Positions 24,796-37,676 of a stretch of 64,000 nt of DNA are shown here, one piece after another. The position numbers and the translations under genes are program-made. The notes beneath the pieces were generated by a model. That model saw nothing but the letters and a program-made list of their open reading frames with translations, did no database searches and had not been told where the DNA came from. The stretch is from Haliotis rufescens (taxonomy: Eukaryota). Location: contig NW_025963779.1 in assembly GCF_023055435.1 (NCBI RefSeq), positions 16,430,001 to 16,494,000 of the forward strand, given 5' to 3'. Within the stretch, counting starts at the first letter, position 1. Each line of letters starts with the position of its first letter.

Positions 24796-25578
24796 CACTG
24801 ACCCAGGCAATGACTGCACAATGGCGGCTCGCGACCTGTATTTACTATAGCAAAACGCTAGAACGGTTGTTTTAATTTTGTTTTCTTCGCATTTTCATTA
24901 CTGCTGTTGCAATGTATTCGTCACGGGAATATCGTCCATTGTGACTTTAAGTGAAGGGAAACATTATTTAAGCTGTTTCGAGACTCCAAAGTGGTCGTCA
25001 CATCGGTGACATGTAAACAATGACACACACACCATTTTCAACAGTGATATGGGGGTTAATAGTTCGTGTCAGCTCACTGTTGTCACGAAATCGTACACAT
25101 AATGCATGGAATTAAACGACCATGTCAATGACATACCGTTAGCATCTTTATTTTAGCAAATTTGATTACGCAAATGTCGCCGATTATGCCCCCTTTTCTC
25201 CCATTGTAAAATGGTGGTTTAGCGGAGTTATTGAACGCCCAGTATAAATAACTATAAAACAAACATTTTTGATGCGTAATAATGATATTTAATTATAGGG
25301 TCTGTCATTGGTTCCGATATTTGGCCTCTGGATTTTATTTACATGAAAAGCCGTTTATTTGGCATTTGTTTTCTTATTACACAATCAAATAAATCATAAA
25401 TACTCGTAGATCTTATAATAAAATAATTGATTAATTTCAATCTAGTGTTTCTTAACCATGTGTGTGCTTGTAAAATGTCAGGACTAAATGGCATAATAAT
25501 AATAAAGAATATGTTCCTAATTTTTAAATAATTTGCTACAGTGGCATACACATCCATGTGTATTCTATATGATACAAT
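24796..25578. repeat. About 800-bp dispersed repeat, copy B (inverted relative to 2235-3026)
   Basis: Reverse-complement colinear similarity to copy A. Confidence 0.85.
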
Positions 25579-27702
25579 ATAACCACTGGGGGATCCATTT
25601 ACAGAACAAGATAAAGAAGTGTGCATACCATTGTTATTGAAAAATAGTTATGATTATAATCATCATGTAAGATGAAATATCGGTGTACGAAATTATCTGC
25701 AAATAGATTACTCAATAAAAAAGTTACATTAGTGTTCAGGCATAGGGAAAAAAATAATATGATCATGATGGTTATATATAACATTAAAAGTGCACAGAAA
25801 GTGTAATATTTCGGGATGAAAGCTTGAGACACATGTGTACTTTCAACTATTTATTTGTGAACTGTTGAATTAAGGGTGGTGATTACCAACAGAACATGTC
25901 TTGATTATGCGTACTACATTTTTTGTGGCTTAAAGGCTGTATCAAAGCATATACTGAAATCATTTAGAGCATGATAATATGTAATATATGATGTCATCAT
26001 ATATTCAGCCAGTGGGTAAAATAATGCATTTGAATCTGTTTGCTTCACACTCTTATGCTTTAACAGTTCTGCTCCCAACACACAATCAGTGATTTTCCTT
26101 TGAATTCAGGAAAATTTGTACTGAACCCATTGACCAATTTTGCATCGTAATTTACGTACTAACAAGTTCCAAAACTGATTATATTAATTTTTGTTATTGC
26201 TTTTATTCAGGACATTATGTTCATCAGCTATGCATGTTTTTAGATTGTTCAATTTGTAGTGAAAAACACTACATGGAATTTTCTCAGATGTCTGATTGTT
26301 GAAACCCCTTTGGAGTTAATGTAGATGAGTCAATAGATACATTTTAAATTACAATTATCTTTAATTTGCTTGAAGGTTATGGTTATTTGTTTCTTACATG
26401 TGTGGTCCTTAGAATGCATTATTTGAATTTTGATAATAAATAATATGCATCATAATAACTTGGTGACCACCCCACCTCCCCCACCCGAAATATACCCACC
26501 CTCTTTCTTTTCATGTTAAGAGTGATCTTCATTTGTCATGCTGAGTTGATGGAAAAAACATGTACGGCGCCGTTAAATATTGTTTGAAAATAAATAGTCA
26601 GAAAGCCCTATCACTTGGGGCTGGAGTTCGTCAAGGATGCATCTTCAGTCTGCTATTATTTATTGTTATAAATGCATTGGTAACATAATTGTATACATCT
26701 TGTAGTCATGTCATATAATAACCTTTTTTATCATATATCATAAAATGTATCCGTTCATAAAACATCAATAAATTCAGTGTTTATGCGTGCAACAGTTGCG
26801 AGTATCACAAGTTGCCGACCGAAACCAATAGCTTCATCTTGCCGTCCATTTTCGTGACGTGTTCTTGTTTTCATTTTGTACACAAAACCTTCCGTGTCCG
26901 TTTCGCCTTTACACCTGTCCCCAGTTAACATCTAGCTCCATAATTCAAATTGCATAATGCATTTTTACCTTGTTTGGAAGAAATTGTCAAGGGAAAGCTT
27001 GCCTAGCAGACGAGCAGATGACGTACTAAGGGACGTAACTCCAATTTCTTATCACCCGGACTGATATCAATCGCCCATTCAAAATGCATCGACAAACCAT
27101 ATCAGCCGTCAGGGGGTGTAACACGGGTCTGGTTCTTACACCACCTGTAATATAACTGTCTCTATGTCGGCTCTATCGCACATGCAAAATGGCTAATATC
27201 ATTGTTAGGTATTTGATTAAATACACTAAATGAACAAAATGATCGTCTGCATTTTCATCCTATTGGGGGAGTAAGGTCATGTAATGATGCCTATTGCTCG
27301 TGAGATGTCCTGTAACATTTGGAGCAGCCACTTCACCGCCATTTCCCTCAAAGCTCCCAGTCTGACAACATTACTCCGGTGAACAACTGACTTGCCTTGG
27401 CATGTGTTTGTGACTTGTTCCACTGGTGGGGCGGGACACTCCCACCTTTTCGCGAACACCTGGTATCATCAGTATTTGATTGAGATTCATAAACACATGG
27501 AATAGTCGAATCGTACAATCGACTCTGCTTTCAGCACAGATGTATTATGAATATGGTTTTGTCGCTTTTATTTCCATACCTTGACCTTAATCAAGACAAC
27601 TTCCCATTCAACATACATTCAAGTTTCAGCATTGTACAAACAAAAAGTGCAACAGGTGCAGCTGACAATGAATGATGCAAGCAGGTTTCACAATAACGTC
27701 AA

Positions 27703-27877
27703 GGGGCGGTCGGGTAGCCTAGTGGTTAAAGCGTTAGCTCGTCACGCCGAAGACCCGGGTTCGATTCCCGACATGGGTACAATGTGTGAAGCCCATTTCT
27801 AGTTTTCCCTGCCGTGATATTGCTGGAATATTGCTAAAAGCGGCGTAAAACCTAACTCACTCACTCACTCACTCACT
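27703..27877 (+). mobile_element. Family A SINE, young, with 14-bp target-site duplication
   Basis: CACAATAACGTCAA at 27689-27702 and 27878-27891. The paralogous site near 43604 has a single copy (empty site). Confidence 0.93.
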
Positions 27878-29859
27878 CACAATAACGTCAAAGTAGTATT
27901 TGTTTAGAAAAATGTAAATATATAGTTACATGCTTGTAGAAAAATTCATGCATATGGAGCAATGACAAAACCAACGATTTCAAAAACCTGAAAGATGACA
28001 TTGAACTTTCACTAATCTTATCCCAAACCTTTTTAAACAAGGGTCCCGCCCTAGAGAAAGTATATACGAAGTTTCATGGCATACACACATGTAAGATTAT
28101 ACAGGTATGACATCCATGAATAATAATCATCATTTGCACTACATCATTTCAGGTATTGGGATCTCGAAATATGTGTTGTATTCTAATTGAAGCCGTGAAT
28201 AGAGAGTCGATGTATGCTTCGGGCCAAACCGTAGATTAAACAACTGCCGTCAGTGATATATACGTCTGGCGGTCATTGCTGTGCAGTGTCATCTCATTCT
28301 TTGTTAGAGAATTAGTGACCCGAGTATTTCATTCTCTTGTGATTCAATGGCACACTTTTAATGTTTTGACTTGAATGTCATCTCATTTATGTTTGCTGTC
28401 TCATTCATTGTTGAAAATAGTTCGGTGACTATGATTGTCAAACATTAGAGGGATTATCGATTATCGATTATTGGGGGTGGGGAGGCAGGGGGATTTTTTA
28501 TAGGAAACATTATTCCTTGTGAAAGTTAACTTGAATAAGAATGAATAATCTTATTTACCCCGACCCCCACCCCCCACCCCTATAAAAAAGGTTAACTACG
28601 GCCTTGATTGTACCTAAAGTCTACACCGTCCGCACCCTCATATACCTCGTATGATATATGTGTAACCCACGTATGCCGTGGTTCACTGCCAGAGTGTAAA
28701 TATAGTTCTGTCTTGTTCTGTTATGTTCCGTTCTGAGAATAGCAGAACCAGTAAACAAAAACCGTGGGTGCAAGATGCCAGACTGAGATTCTTTGATTTG
28801 TAAGGACCGCTCCCGTGCTCGTGGCTATCACCTGCATCACTTCGGACTTTTCTCCAGTATCAAACTGGCTCGTCGTAATATAGACTGTTCAAATCGGTGG
28901 GCGAATCCACAGACATTGGCTTTAATGTCATTTGTTTGTTTTGATTTATTTAGAAACATACATGTAAACAACAATATGTCAAAAATAGACACATAGAGGA
29001 AGATGACACACGAAAACACATCGGAAAAAACCCGTTCGTTGCGCCCAATCTCGACGAAGACGAGTTTTATGACATGCACCCATGATGGATTGGTGACTAC
29101 ATAATGCCCGAGGCTGCGGCTAGGCTACAACACCCTTACCTGTTCGAGAAATGCTTGTGACAAAATAATTAATGCGTAGAATGAACTACTTTCAGTACAG
29201 AGTGCCAATGATCTCGCTCGGAAACATATTGTTGAATTGTATATAAATATCCTCGGCGACTAAAACAGGAAAGATATATGAGCCGTCGGATGTTATTATC
29301 TAATGTCCACAGGAAATATACAACGTCTCTATCATGGTATTGCAAACATTAAACCGATTGTACATTTTCAGTGTGAGACATTCGTATGTATGTTTTTAAT
29401 TCGTAAAAGTGTTTTACAAGGTGATCGACTACTTGACCCCGAAGACATGACGTACACTGATAGGAGCGCTAAAAGATGAAAAGGCATATTTTTATTTAAT
29501 CGTTTTTTTAATGTCAACTGTCTTCATTGACCGATCTGAGTACGAGTTCACAGCAATAACAGATTAACGTCACAATGCTTGCATGCTTCTACACATGTAT
29601 CGAAATATTTTCACAAAATGGTTCAATAACTCAAATGGCTGAGGTTCGTATGTATATTGTTCAAGCAAATTGTGTATGTTTTGTAAACACGATGTTATGG
29701 TCAATTTTATTCTAATTTGACATCCAGTATCTAGATAAAGCAAATGTAAATCGTTGGAGATCAGATCTGATAGTATATGTACTTGAATGAACAATTTTGA
29801 CAATGAAGAGTGTGGTCCAATCGAAATTGATGTCAAATATCGAAAATAACTCGCAAGAT

Positions 29860-30140
29860 ACTTTTCTGATTAGCAAGATACTTTAAGCCTCAAAGGATGC
29901 ATCCATGCCGCATAAGATACGTTAAAGACCTGTACGTTCAAGCTTCATGAGATACGTTCAATCTCTGAAACTCTAGGTACAATATGTTCAAGCTGTATAA
30001 GATACCACTAAGCTTATAGAATGCACTCGAACTTCATGCAATTCGTTCAAGCTTCATAACATACGTACAAGCCTCATGAGATATGTCTAAATTTCAAAAT
30101 ATGCATCCAAGCTGCACACAGATACATTCAAGCTTCACTA
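29860..30140 (+). repeat. Degenerate minisatellite of about 20-21 bp (AAGCTTCATGAGATACGTTC-like)
   Basis: Recurrent AAGCTTCA/GATAC/GTTC units. Absent from duplication unit 2 (near 45490). Confidence 0.65.
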
Positions 30141-30186
30141 GGAGCAAGGTACATATATAAATGCGCAATATATGCAGCTTTGCATT

Positions 30187-30445
30187 TTGTTTGTTTGTTG
30201 TTTAGTGCCGCACTCAGCAATATTCCAGCTTTATGTCGGCGGTCTGTAAATAATCGAGTCTGGATCAGATCATTCAGTGATTGACATCATGATCATCGAT
30301 CCACGTAATGGATACCGATGACATGCATCAACCAAGTCAGCGAGTCTGACCACCCGATCCCGTTAGTCGCCTTTTACGACAAGCATAGTCGCCTCTTACG
30401 ACAAGCATGGGTTGCTGAAGACCTATTCTTCCCCCATTCCCTCGC
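30187..30445 (-). mobile_element. Family D SINE-like repeat
   Basis: Reverse complement of the 5526-5775 element, including the (GTTT)n tail. Confidence 0.8.
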
Positions 30446-32348
30446 GGAGTATCGGATACTCTAAGTTGCACATCCGGGTGCTTCATGTATGATCCACGTA
30501 CCAAATAATAACAGGACTGTAGCCCAATTCAGTTGGACAGTTTCTATTAGCTTTTTCACAGTCTTCACAATATTCTCGGCCAAATAATGAATGAGTCATA
30601 CATTAGGATATTTTCAGTTCCTTAATGGCATGCCACGAAAAATAAGTCACGGGATCACGTCAATTATGGAAGTAGCTTTAAAAACTTAATGGGTGTGTGC
30701 ATAATCTTTCATGGGTCCGTTATTCTTGACACAATGACTTTGTGTGTTAAACTTTAACATGAAGTACCTGCATAAGAACAATGTAAAATATAATATAAAT
30801 CTAAATTGGGAGAATGATGCTTTAAAACGCTATGCTTTACGATCTATATAAATACAATACATGCCATCTGCTTTCTCTAAGTATATTTTTTTTAAATATT
30901 TAAAAAACAGCAATTCATAATTGTTGTCACTTCATCGCGTCCATTCATTAAAAATGAATCGATCACTTCTGTTAAAAACATCAGCAGTAAAGTTGTGTGA
31001 TTCATGAAGATTAGTGACTGTTTAAAGTCGAAACTTATCTTAGTGTTGTTCATTGAGGCCAGCGACAACCCCGGCTACGAGAAGTCATCGCAGGATAGTC
31101 ATAAGACCCCACAGAGCCATTTTCGTGAGTATTTGGAATCTATTACACTGGACTTGAAGAAATGTGGACCGTTACTTACTTGTACATGCCAAACTGATTG
31201 TTGTATATGGCATTTACAAGCCTAAACGTGTATTTACACATATTTATGTAGATATACATTATATATATTTTGTTCAAAATGAACAACCTTGTTAATTTAA
31301 AAGGTAATACTAGGATATCTAGAGAATTGTGTGACGATAAAAGAAAAGTGAGTTATACACATGCTGCTGCATAGCATCATTATATTTTCACGTGACTGTT
31401 TTTAATATAAAATATTTTGAATATGCTATGTCTGATATCGTGACATTATGACAATATGCACAGTTTTAAATGTACACCGTACAATGCATGGCTTATTGTA
31501 CCATTTTGACAACACTGGTAGTATTTGATGATAAAACATATTGTTATCAGACGGATGATTATGCTTAACAATATTCTTGAAATTTAGAGTGTACAATAAG
31601 GAGTTACAGTGTTACAATAATGTTACGGTGTTGTAATTGTCGTGGATGGGAGTCCTTCAAATCCAATGCGAAAATGAACACGTTCAGTGGGAAGTGAAGG
31701 TGAACTGCCTCACAAACACAATCGGCATCCTATTTGCCCAGACCAGTACAGGAAACTGAGCTCAGGAGGTTGTGATACTGATTGGAAGGTTCTGGTTGAT
31801 TTAATAGAATAGTTTCCAAAATAAAGATGGATTATAATCAGTTATGCTTCTGTAAATATAAGCGACAAACCTCATTTCGTCATCATAAGAAATCTCTAGA
31901 GTCCATTCTACGACTATAAATGTATAAATCAGCATGTGTTTATCAACCACTGCCTAACAGTGATGATACCAGGTGTTCGCGAAAAGGGCAGCCTATCTTG
32001 GTGGTACATTTGCTGGACCACGCAATATACCTCTCATTATACCTCCTCTTGAAAAGAATCCATAAATCCCTGATAATTGAACATATGTTTTCTTATCTTG
32101 GAAGTTCAAATAATCCAAAAAGAAATTACAATGTATAAAGTGCTTGGTGAAATAGCCTATTACCTTTCTATAGGGATGTCCAAGCAAGAGAAGCATTCTA
32201 GTTATCACAACAAGTGTCTAGATAAGTGGGTTTCGACTGTACATACTAAAAGTAGTTTTGCACTGATCAACACAAACCATTAGTCTAAACATTTTCACAT
32301 TACGTACGGCAGCAAAACATTCCTTGTTTGTAATTTCAGACTGTGAAA

Positions 32349-33578
32349 ATGGGATTGATGGGTTTTCGGTTCTTGTTGGCAATGCTAACAACAGCTGCAG
32401 TTGCTGACGCATATCAACCAAAAGGGAAGGGTTATAGCATTCCACGGGTTCACCCAAAGGGATCACATCCAGTTCACCCGAAAGGAAATTTCGTCGCACC
32501 CGATACTCCCAACGTGAAAGAGCCTTTACTTCCTCAACTTCCACTGTATTTAAACCCAAAGGGTTCATTTCTCCATGACCACAGACGTTTAAGACCTGTA
32601 AATCCTAAAGGAGCTATTTTACCTTCAAGACCCTACTTTCCACGTTACAACCTGCGAGGATCCTACCTTCCTGCCCGCCCTAAAGGTCAGCTGGAACCAC
32701 ACACTTCAATAGGATTACATCGACCCTTAAATCCTAAAGGTTCACTAGCTCAGCCGACACAACCCTTGCATCCAAAAGGTACCCTAGACATGCCGAAATG
32801 GAAACAAACTTCATCGACACAGACGAAAAAGTCCTCCTCTGCAGAATACAAAGAAGAAACTTGGACCAAAAAGAAAGACACAAATACTGTTTACCCCAAT
32901 TATCCCTCTGACCCATCGGCCAACAAGCCAACCGTTTCTCCTGCGGACAAGAAGAAGCAAACGCACCCTTCCAACCAACACAATCCATGGGTCAATAGCA
33001 AAACTAACCCCACTAAATCCAATCAACAAACAAATGAACCTGCTGGACAAGTGAAGGATCTTAATAGCCAAGATCAACGTCAAAACCCATCTGTAGACCC
33101 GACTAACCATGGTCAACAAGGAAACAGTATTGATACAATTGGACAAAACTCAAACAACCAAGACCAAGGTCTGCCGCCAAGTCAACCTGGAAGTTGGCAA
33201 CATACAAACCCATCCACCAATGACCACATCCCTCGTGACACGTGGCAAGTGGTAGACCCATCAACTCAAGGCCAAAATCCATCTGACCCTTGGCAGACTC
33301 AAGGTCAGCCTCAAAATCCATCTGACCCTTGGCAGACACAAGTTCAGCCTCAAAATCCATCTGACCCTTGGCAGACACAAAACCAACCTGACACGTGGCA
33401 AGTGGTAGACCCAACAACCCATGGCCATAATCCATCTGACCCTTGGCAGACACAAAGCCAACCTGACACATGGCAAGGGGTAGACCCATCAACCCATGGT
33501 CAACCTCAAAATCCATCTGACCCTTGGTCACCAAGTGGTCGCCAACAGACCGAAATACACAATGCAATAGCTGGTTAA
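32349..33578 (+). CDS. Secreted Pro/Gln-rich repeat protein, paralog 1 (8 PKG motifs, 5 NPSDPW repeats), 409 aa
   Basis: Acceptor TTTCAG ends at 32339 and the first ATG is at 32349 (the ORF track start at 32343 is GTG). Signal peptide MGLMGFRFLLAMLTTAAVADA. A conserved paralog starts at 47222. AATAAA near 34007. Confidence 0.85.
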   Translation: MGLMGFRFLLAMLTTAAVADAYQPKGKGYSIPRVHPKGSHPVHPKGNFVAPDTPNVKEPLLPQLPLYLNPKGSFLHDHRRLRPVNPKGAILPSRPYFPRYNLRGSYLPARPKGQLEPHTSIGLHRPLNPKGSLAQPTQPLHPKGTLDMPKWKQTSSTQTKKSSSAEYKEETWTKKKDTNTVYPNYPSDPSANKPTVSPADKKKQTHPSNQHNPWVNSKTNPTKSNQQTNEPAGQVKDLNSQDQRQNPSVDPTNHGQQGNSIDTIGQNSNNQDQGLPPSQPGSWQHTNPSTNDHIPRDTWQVVDPSTQGQNPSDPWQTQGQPQNPSDPWQTQVQPQNPSDPWQTQNQPDTWQVVDPTTHGHNPSDPWQTQSQPDTWQGVDPSTHGQPQNPSDPWSPSGRQQTEIHNAIAG

Positions 33579-34204
33579 CAAACATCGTGACGGTGCTTCC
33601 AATGAAATAAGTAAGTATATAAGTAAATCCACACAAACAGTAAAAGCTTCAAATGGCGTAGACGTTTGTTCATGTGTGTATATGGTAATGCCTGAAATAT
33701 GATGTTTCGTATTTACGTTTATTATCGGAACTGTCTTTGTACCAATTAATATTTATATGATTAAGAGTTTATGTATTAACCCATTTTACCATGTTATGAC
33801 AGGTACAAAGATCCTCCTTTTCCCGTGCTATTGGTCACAAACTCAGAACAATCGCAGGGACGTACAACACGAAACTGGTCGATTCAAAGTCTATTCACTT
33901 GTGAGAGTTCCGCTAACAATACACAACATAAGCCGCCCAATTCAACTATATCACTATCTCATCTATGTGTTTCTACAATGAATATAGTTCCGCCGAGATC
34001 GAGATGAATAAATGAAAGAAGTTGTCGTCTTTGTATATGTTTTTTGTATGCTTCGGTTGTTCCCTTTCGTGACCCTTACAATTCCAGTGCCAAAGTGATA
34101 TACGCTTTCATTTTCGTCCTATATTATAACGAATATATGTTAACACAGCTGACAACTGATTTATAGTATTTTAGTAATATCACGGGAGACAGATTGACGA
34201 AGGA

Positions 34205-34365
34205 GTGAGTGAGTACGGTTTTACGCCGCTTTTAGCAATATTCCAGCAATATCACGGCGGGGGACACCAGAAATGGGCTTCACACATTGTACCCATGTCG
34301 GGAATCGAACCCGGGTCTTCGGCGTGACGAGCGAACGCTTTAAACACTGGGATACCCGACCGCCC
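34205..34365 (-). mobile_element. Family A SINE with target-site duplication TTGACGAAGGA
   Basis: Duplication at 34194-34204 and 34366-34376. The body is the reverse complement of 27703-27877. Confidence 0.9.
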
Positions 34366-34410
34366 TTGACGAAGGAGGAAAGCCCGAAGTCTTAGACGTT
34401 AATACTTTTG

Positions 34411-34477
34411 TGAGGTGAGGTGAAATGGGGTTTAACGTGGCGTCCAAGATTATTGCACTTATATAGCGACGTTCATG

Positions 34478-34563
<86 letters not shown>

Positions 34564-34808
34564 TGTACTAGTCCGGACTGATGCCGAGTTATAGTGCTAG
34601 CCGCAGTTTAACGTGATTACCTCACTCAGACACAGTATACTAGCTCCGGACCAAACATTCCTTGTTTTAGCCCCTTAATACCGAGTGCAAAACAGGGTAA
34701 CAACGAGTACTATCTTTTAACGTCTTTTGGTATGACGCGGCCGGGGATCAAACCCCGGACCTTCCGCTCTCCGGGCGGACGCTCTACCACAAGACCACGG
34801 AGGCGGTC
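34411..34808 (-). mobile_element. tRNA-derived SINE, family B (GACCGCCTCCGTGGTCT head, CACCT tail) with an expanded internal (GT)n at 34480-34561
   Basis: Reverse-complement match to 49671-49998 and 55408-55760. Confidence 0.85.
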
Positions 34809-35102
34809 TACACGGATATGGGACTGAGAAACCTAGAAACACAATCAGGGCAAACCAAGATTCCAACCAGCGACCATAGATTTCGGACGCCAAAAAGGGA
34901 CGCAACATTGTACAGTGAAGTGCGGTACCTTTGACGACTGGACAACCTGTGCCCCTTTGAAACATTAAATCCAGAACTCACAGGTAGACAGTGACGTAAC
35001 TCAACTTGTTTTGATATAAAAAAAAATAATAGACACCATTGTGTTTGAATGCTCACACACGCTTCATATTCTTACGGAATGTTTCCACTGCACATGTCTG
35101 GT

Positions 35103-35277
35103 TGTGTGAGTGAGTTGGGTTTAACAACGCCAGTTATATCACGGCGTGTCAGTTTAATGTAGGAGGGAAGCCCGTAGTGATGCAGGTCTCAGACGTTTAC
35201 CTTTCGGTGAAACCTACGAGCACGGGTATGGTGCTGACAAACCTAGAAACATATACGACTGGCCCACCCGTGCCCCC
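35103..35277 (-). mobile_element. Family C SINE, internally deleted
   Basis: Reverse-complement match to the head and tail of 4008-4267. Confidence 0.75.
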
Positions 35278-36329
35278 ATGTCTGGTTGACGTTGACGTTG
35301 AATGTTAAGGTCAATCCTCATCACCCACAGACAAACGTTTTATTCAGTAGTGAAGGCCCACAGTACAGATGAAGTGACAGAATAATGTGTCACATAAAAA
35401 TAGTTGCAACAACAATCAAACTATATTTTGTATAAAAGTAACACATGCTTTAGAAACAAAGCTAAAGAGTGGATATGGTTAACATGTTTTGAATTTAGTA
35501 TATTGATAATTGTCTGTTGACATTTGCACATCTGGAATAGACATTGATTGGTGCAAGCTTTAAATATAAATATTTTTTATCTCTTTGCCCATATATACAC
35601 AGAAACAGCAAGACAGCAAGACGTACATGAGCAAGGAGCACATTGTCTCTATGTCTCACATCACTTATAGTTAATAAAAACATTCTCGCATTCAGCAGAC
35701 ATGTATAAACGGTTCAACACCGTCTTTAGAAACCCATGTTTGTTGTAAGAGGCGACTAACAGGATCGGATGGTCAGGCTCGCTGACTTGGTTGATGCAAT
35801 TCATCGTATCCCGATTGCGTAGTTCGGTGCTCATGATGTCAATCCCTGGATTGTCTGGTTCAGGAACGTTGTTTCACGATGTTTCAGCAACATTATACTC
35901 ATGAAGTCATCCTAGAATTTAATATTTGATATGCACCACTTCAGAAACTCTGGAAAACAAAAACAAAAGATAAGTGACATTGTTAAAACGTTACATCGAG
36001 TAGAGAGGGAGTTTTACGAAATACAACAACCAACTTCAGCATGTCACAATTAACAGGTTCTTGGCTGAAGTACTTTAAGTTCTAAATGCCGCTTCTCGGA
36101 TGTTATCAAGCAAATCCTGTTCTGGCTGACATTCTTGCGTGTACGCCCACCCAATTCCGTAATTTTATTCCATGACAGATGGAGCTTTCTTACTTGCCTG
36201 AACAAGTGATATAAGATACAAAGCAACTTGAAACGGATGAGCAGGCAAACATGTAATCTCCTTAAATTTTGAACACCATTGTTTCCACCTATTAAAAGAC
36301 CTGTCATACTAAGACTAAAGCTGAGGCCT

Positions 36330-36770
36330 TAGACTTGAGAACTAAATCTGGCATATGTCCTTGGTTATTGCCAACTAGGCACTACTAATGATAGTAATGC
36401 TAGCTTTATGTTGTAGAGTGTATCTAATAACCTTTGTCGTCACCAAATGCATATGGGGGACAACCCAGTTGTTTGAACATTTACTGGTTCTGTGCCAGGG
36501 CACCAAGATCTGGAATTGAATCTGCCCAACTTAGCATTAGGCTAGCAAATCTATCAACAGTGTGTGGACCCCACAACATAAGTAACAATCCATTCAGAAT
36601 CTCCAAATTTACTTGACGCATCTGCTCTGAACGTAGAATCCAGTTAAAATTTATCCTTGTGTTAGATATCCTAGCTATGGTGAACACTGACATAGCAAGA
36701 TACTGTAAAGATGAGCGATACTAAGAGGAGCGATTTTACAGCAAGCCTTGCTATCTGAGAACCACTTTTA
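36330..36770 (-). mobile_element. Decayed DIRS/Ngaro-like retroelement fragment (RNase H to methyltransferase-like region)
   Basis: Motif LWGPHTVDRFAS in ORF 36481..36693 and a downstream VPSW; frameshifted. Confidence 0.6.
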
Positions 36771-36849
36771 CAGTGTGAATATACAAAACCTCTCTGAAAA
36801 CGATACAGTTGTGTAGCATGATACACTGGATAGGACTGCTGATGAGCCT

Positions 36850-37035
36850 AACCAGCCTCCACCTTGTCATACAGTATTCTGGAGAGTATTTTGTCACTCT
36901 GAATCTTTATGCATATACCTAAATATTTAACAGATGAGGCGGTTTTACTGGTCACTTTTATTTCAGTGCAGTTGGGTTCAGTGGAAGGGAATATGCTATC
37001 TGACCACTGAACGATATCGTAATTCAGTTTCATCC
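36850..37035 (-). mobile_element. Penelope-like reverse transcriptase remnant (paralog near 50120-50280)
   Basis: EIKVTSKTASSVKYLGICI...ILYDK resembles the PLE RT segment ELEIKDTT..SASYLD...LYDK. Confidence 0.45.
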
Positions 37036-37485
37036 AAGGAGTAGTTCAACAGTACTTGAAGATGGAATCCTCGACATAAATTTATCACTGAATAACTGAA
37101 GTACAGAACAGAGAACCCGAAACTTGCAGAACAGTGCAACAACTTTGGATGGCATGGTTTACAAAATAAATTGTTCGCTTATTTCTTTCTTAATTTGGTT
37201 CTTGTTTTCGAAAGAATGGAGCGCGTATACTAGCAAATACAACGGAATTCGAAATCTTTTGATACAGATTGCTTCAGGCGGTTATGGCAAGGTAACTGCC
37301 ATTGGCTAAAGAACAACAAACTTCAGTTGGCTTTTTCGATTGAATCACATATAATGTAAGAAATCCTTATCCACCCAATAGGGTTTTGGAAATAGACTCA
37401 AAGCAGTGTTGACACTACTCACTACAGTCTCACGGGACTGTAAGACAAAGGAATCAATAAGTACTCATTACAAAACCCACCGCCA

Positions 37486-37676
37486 TATAAATAGCCACAA
37501 CCGACACTTCGTGGAGGACGGTTGTGGAAATTACTACACCTCGTCTATCAAAATATGTCAGGTGTCGACCATGTATGACATATGTTTTCCGTGTCCAGAT
37601 TAACTTTGACAAGCCAACGTCCAACTATCATTACATTCTTCATGTGGATATCAGTCGGATCACCAGATGTACACAG
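37486..37676 (+). promoter_or_regulatory. Duplicated TATA plus putative non-coding first exon, with no cognate coding exon
   Basis: TATAAATA at 37486 and donor CAG|GTAAGT at 37677. Highly similar to 50723-50904. Confidence 0.5.
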
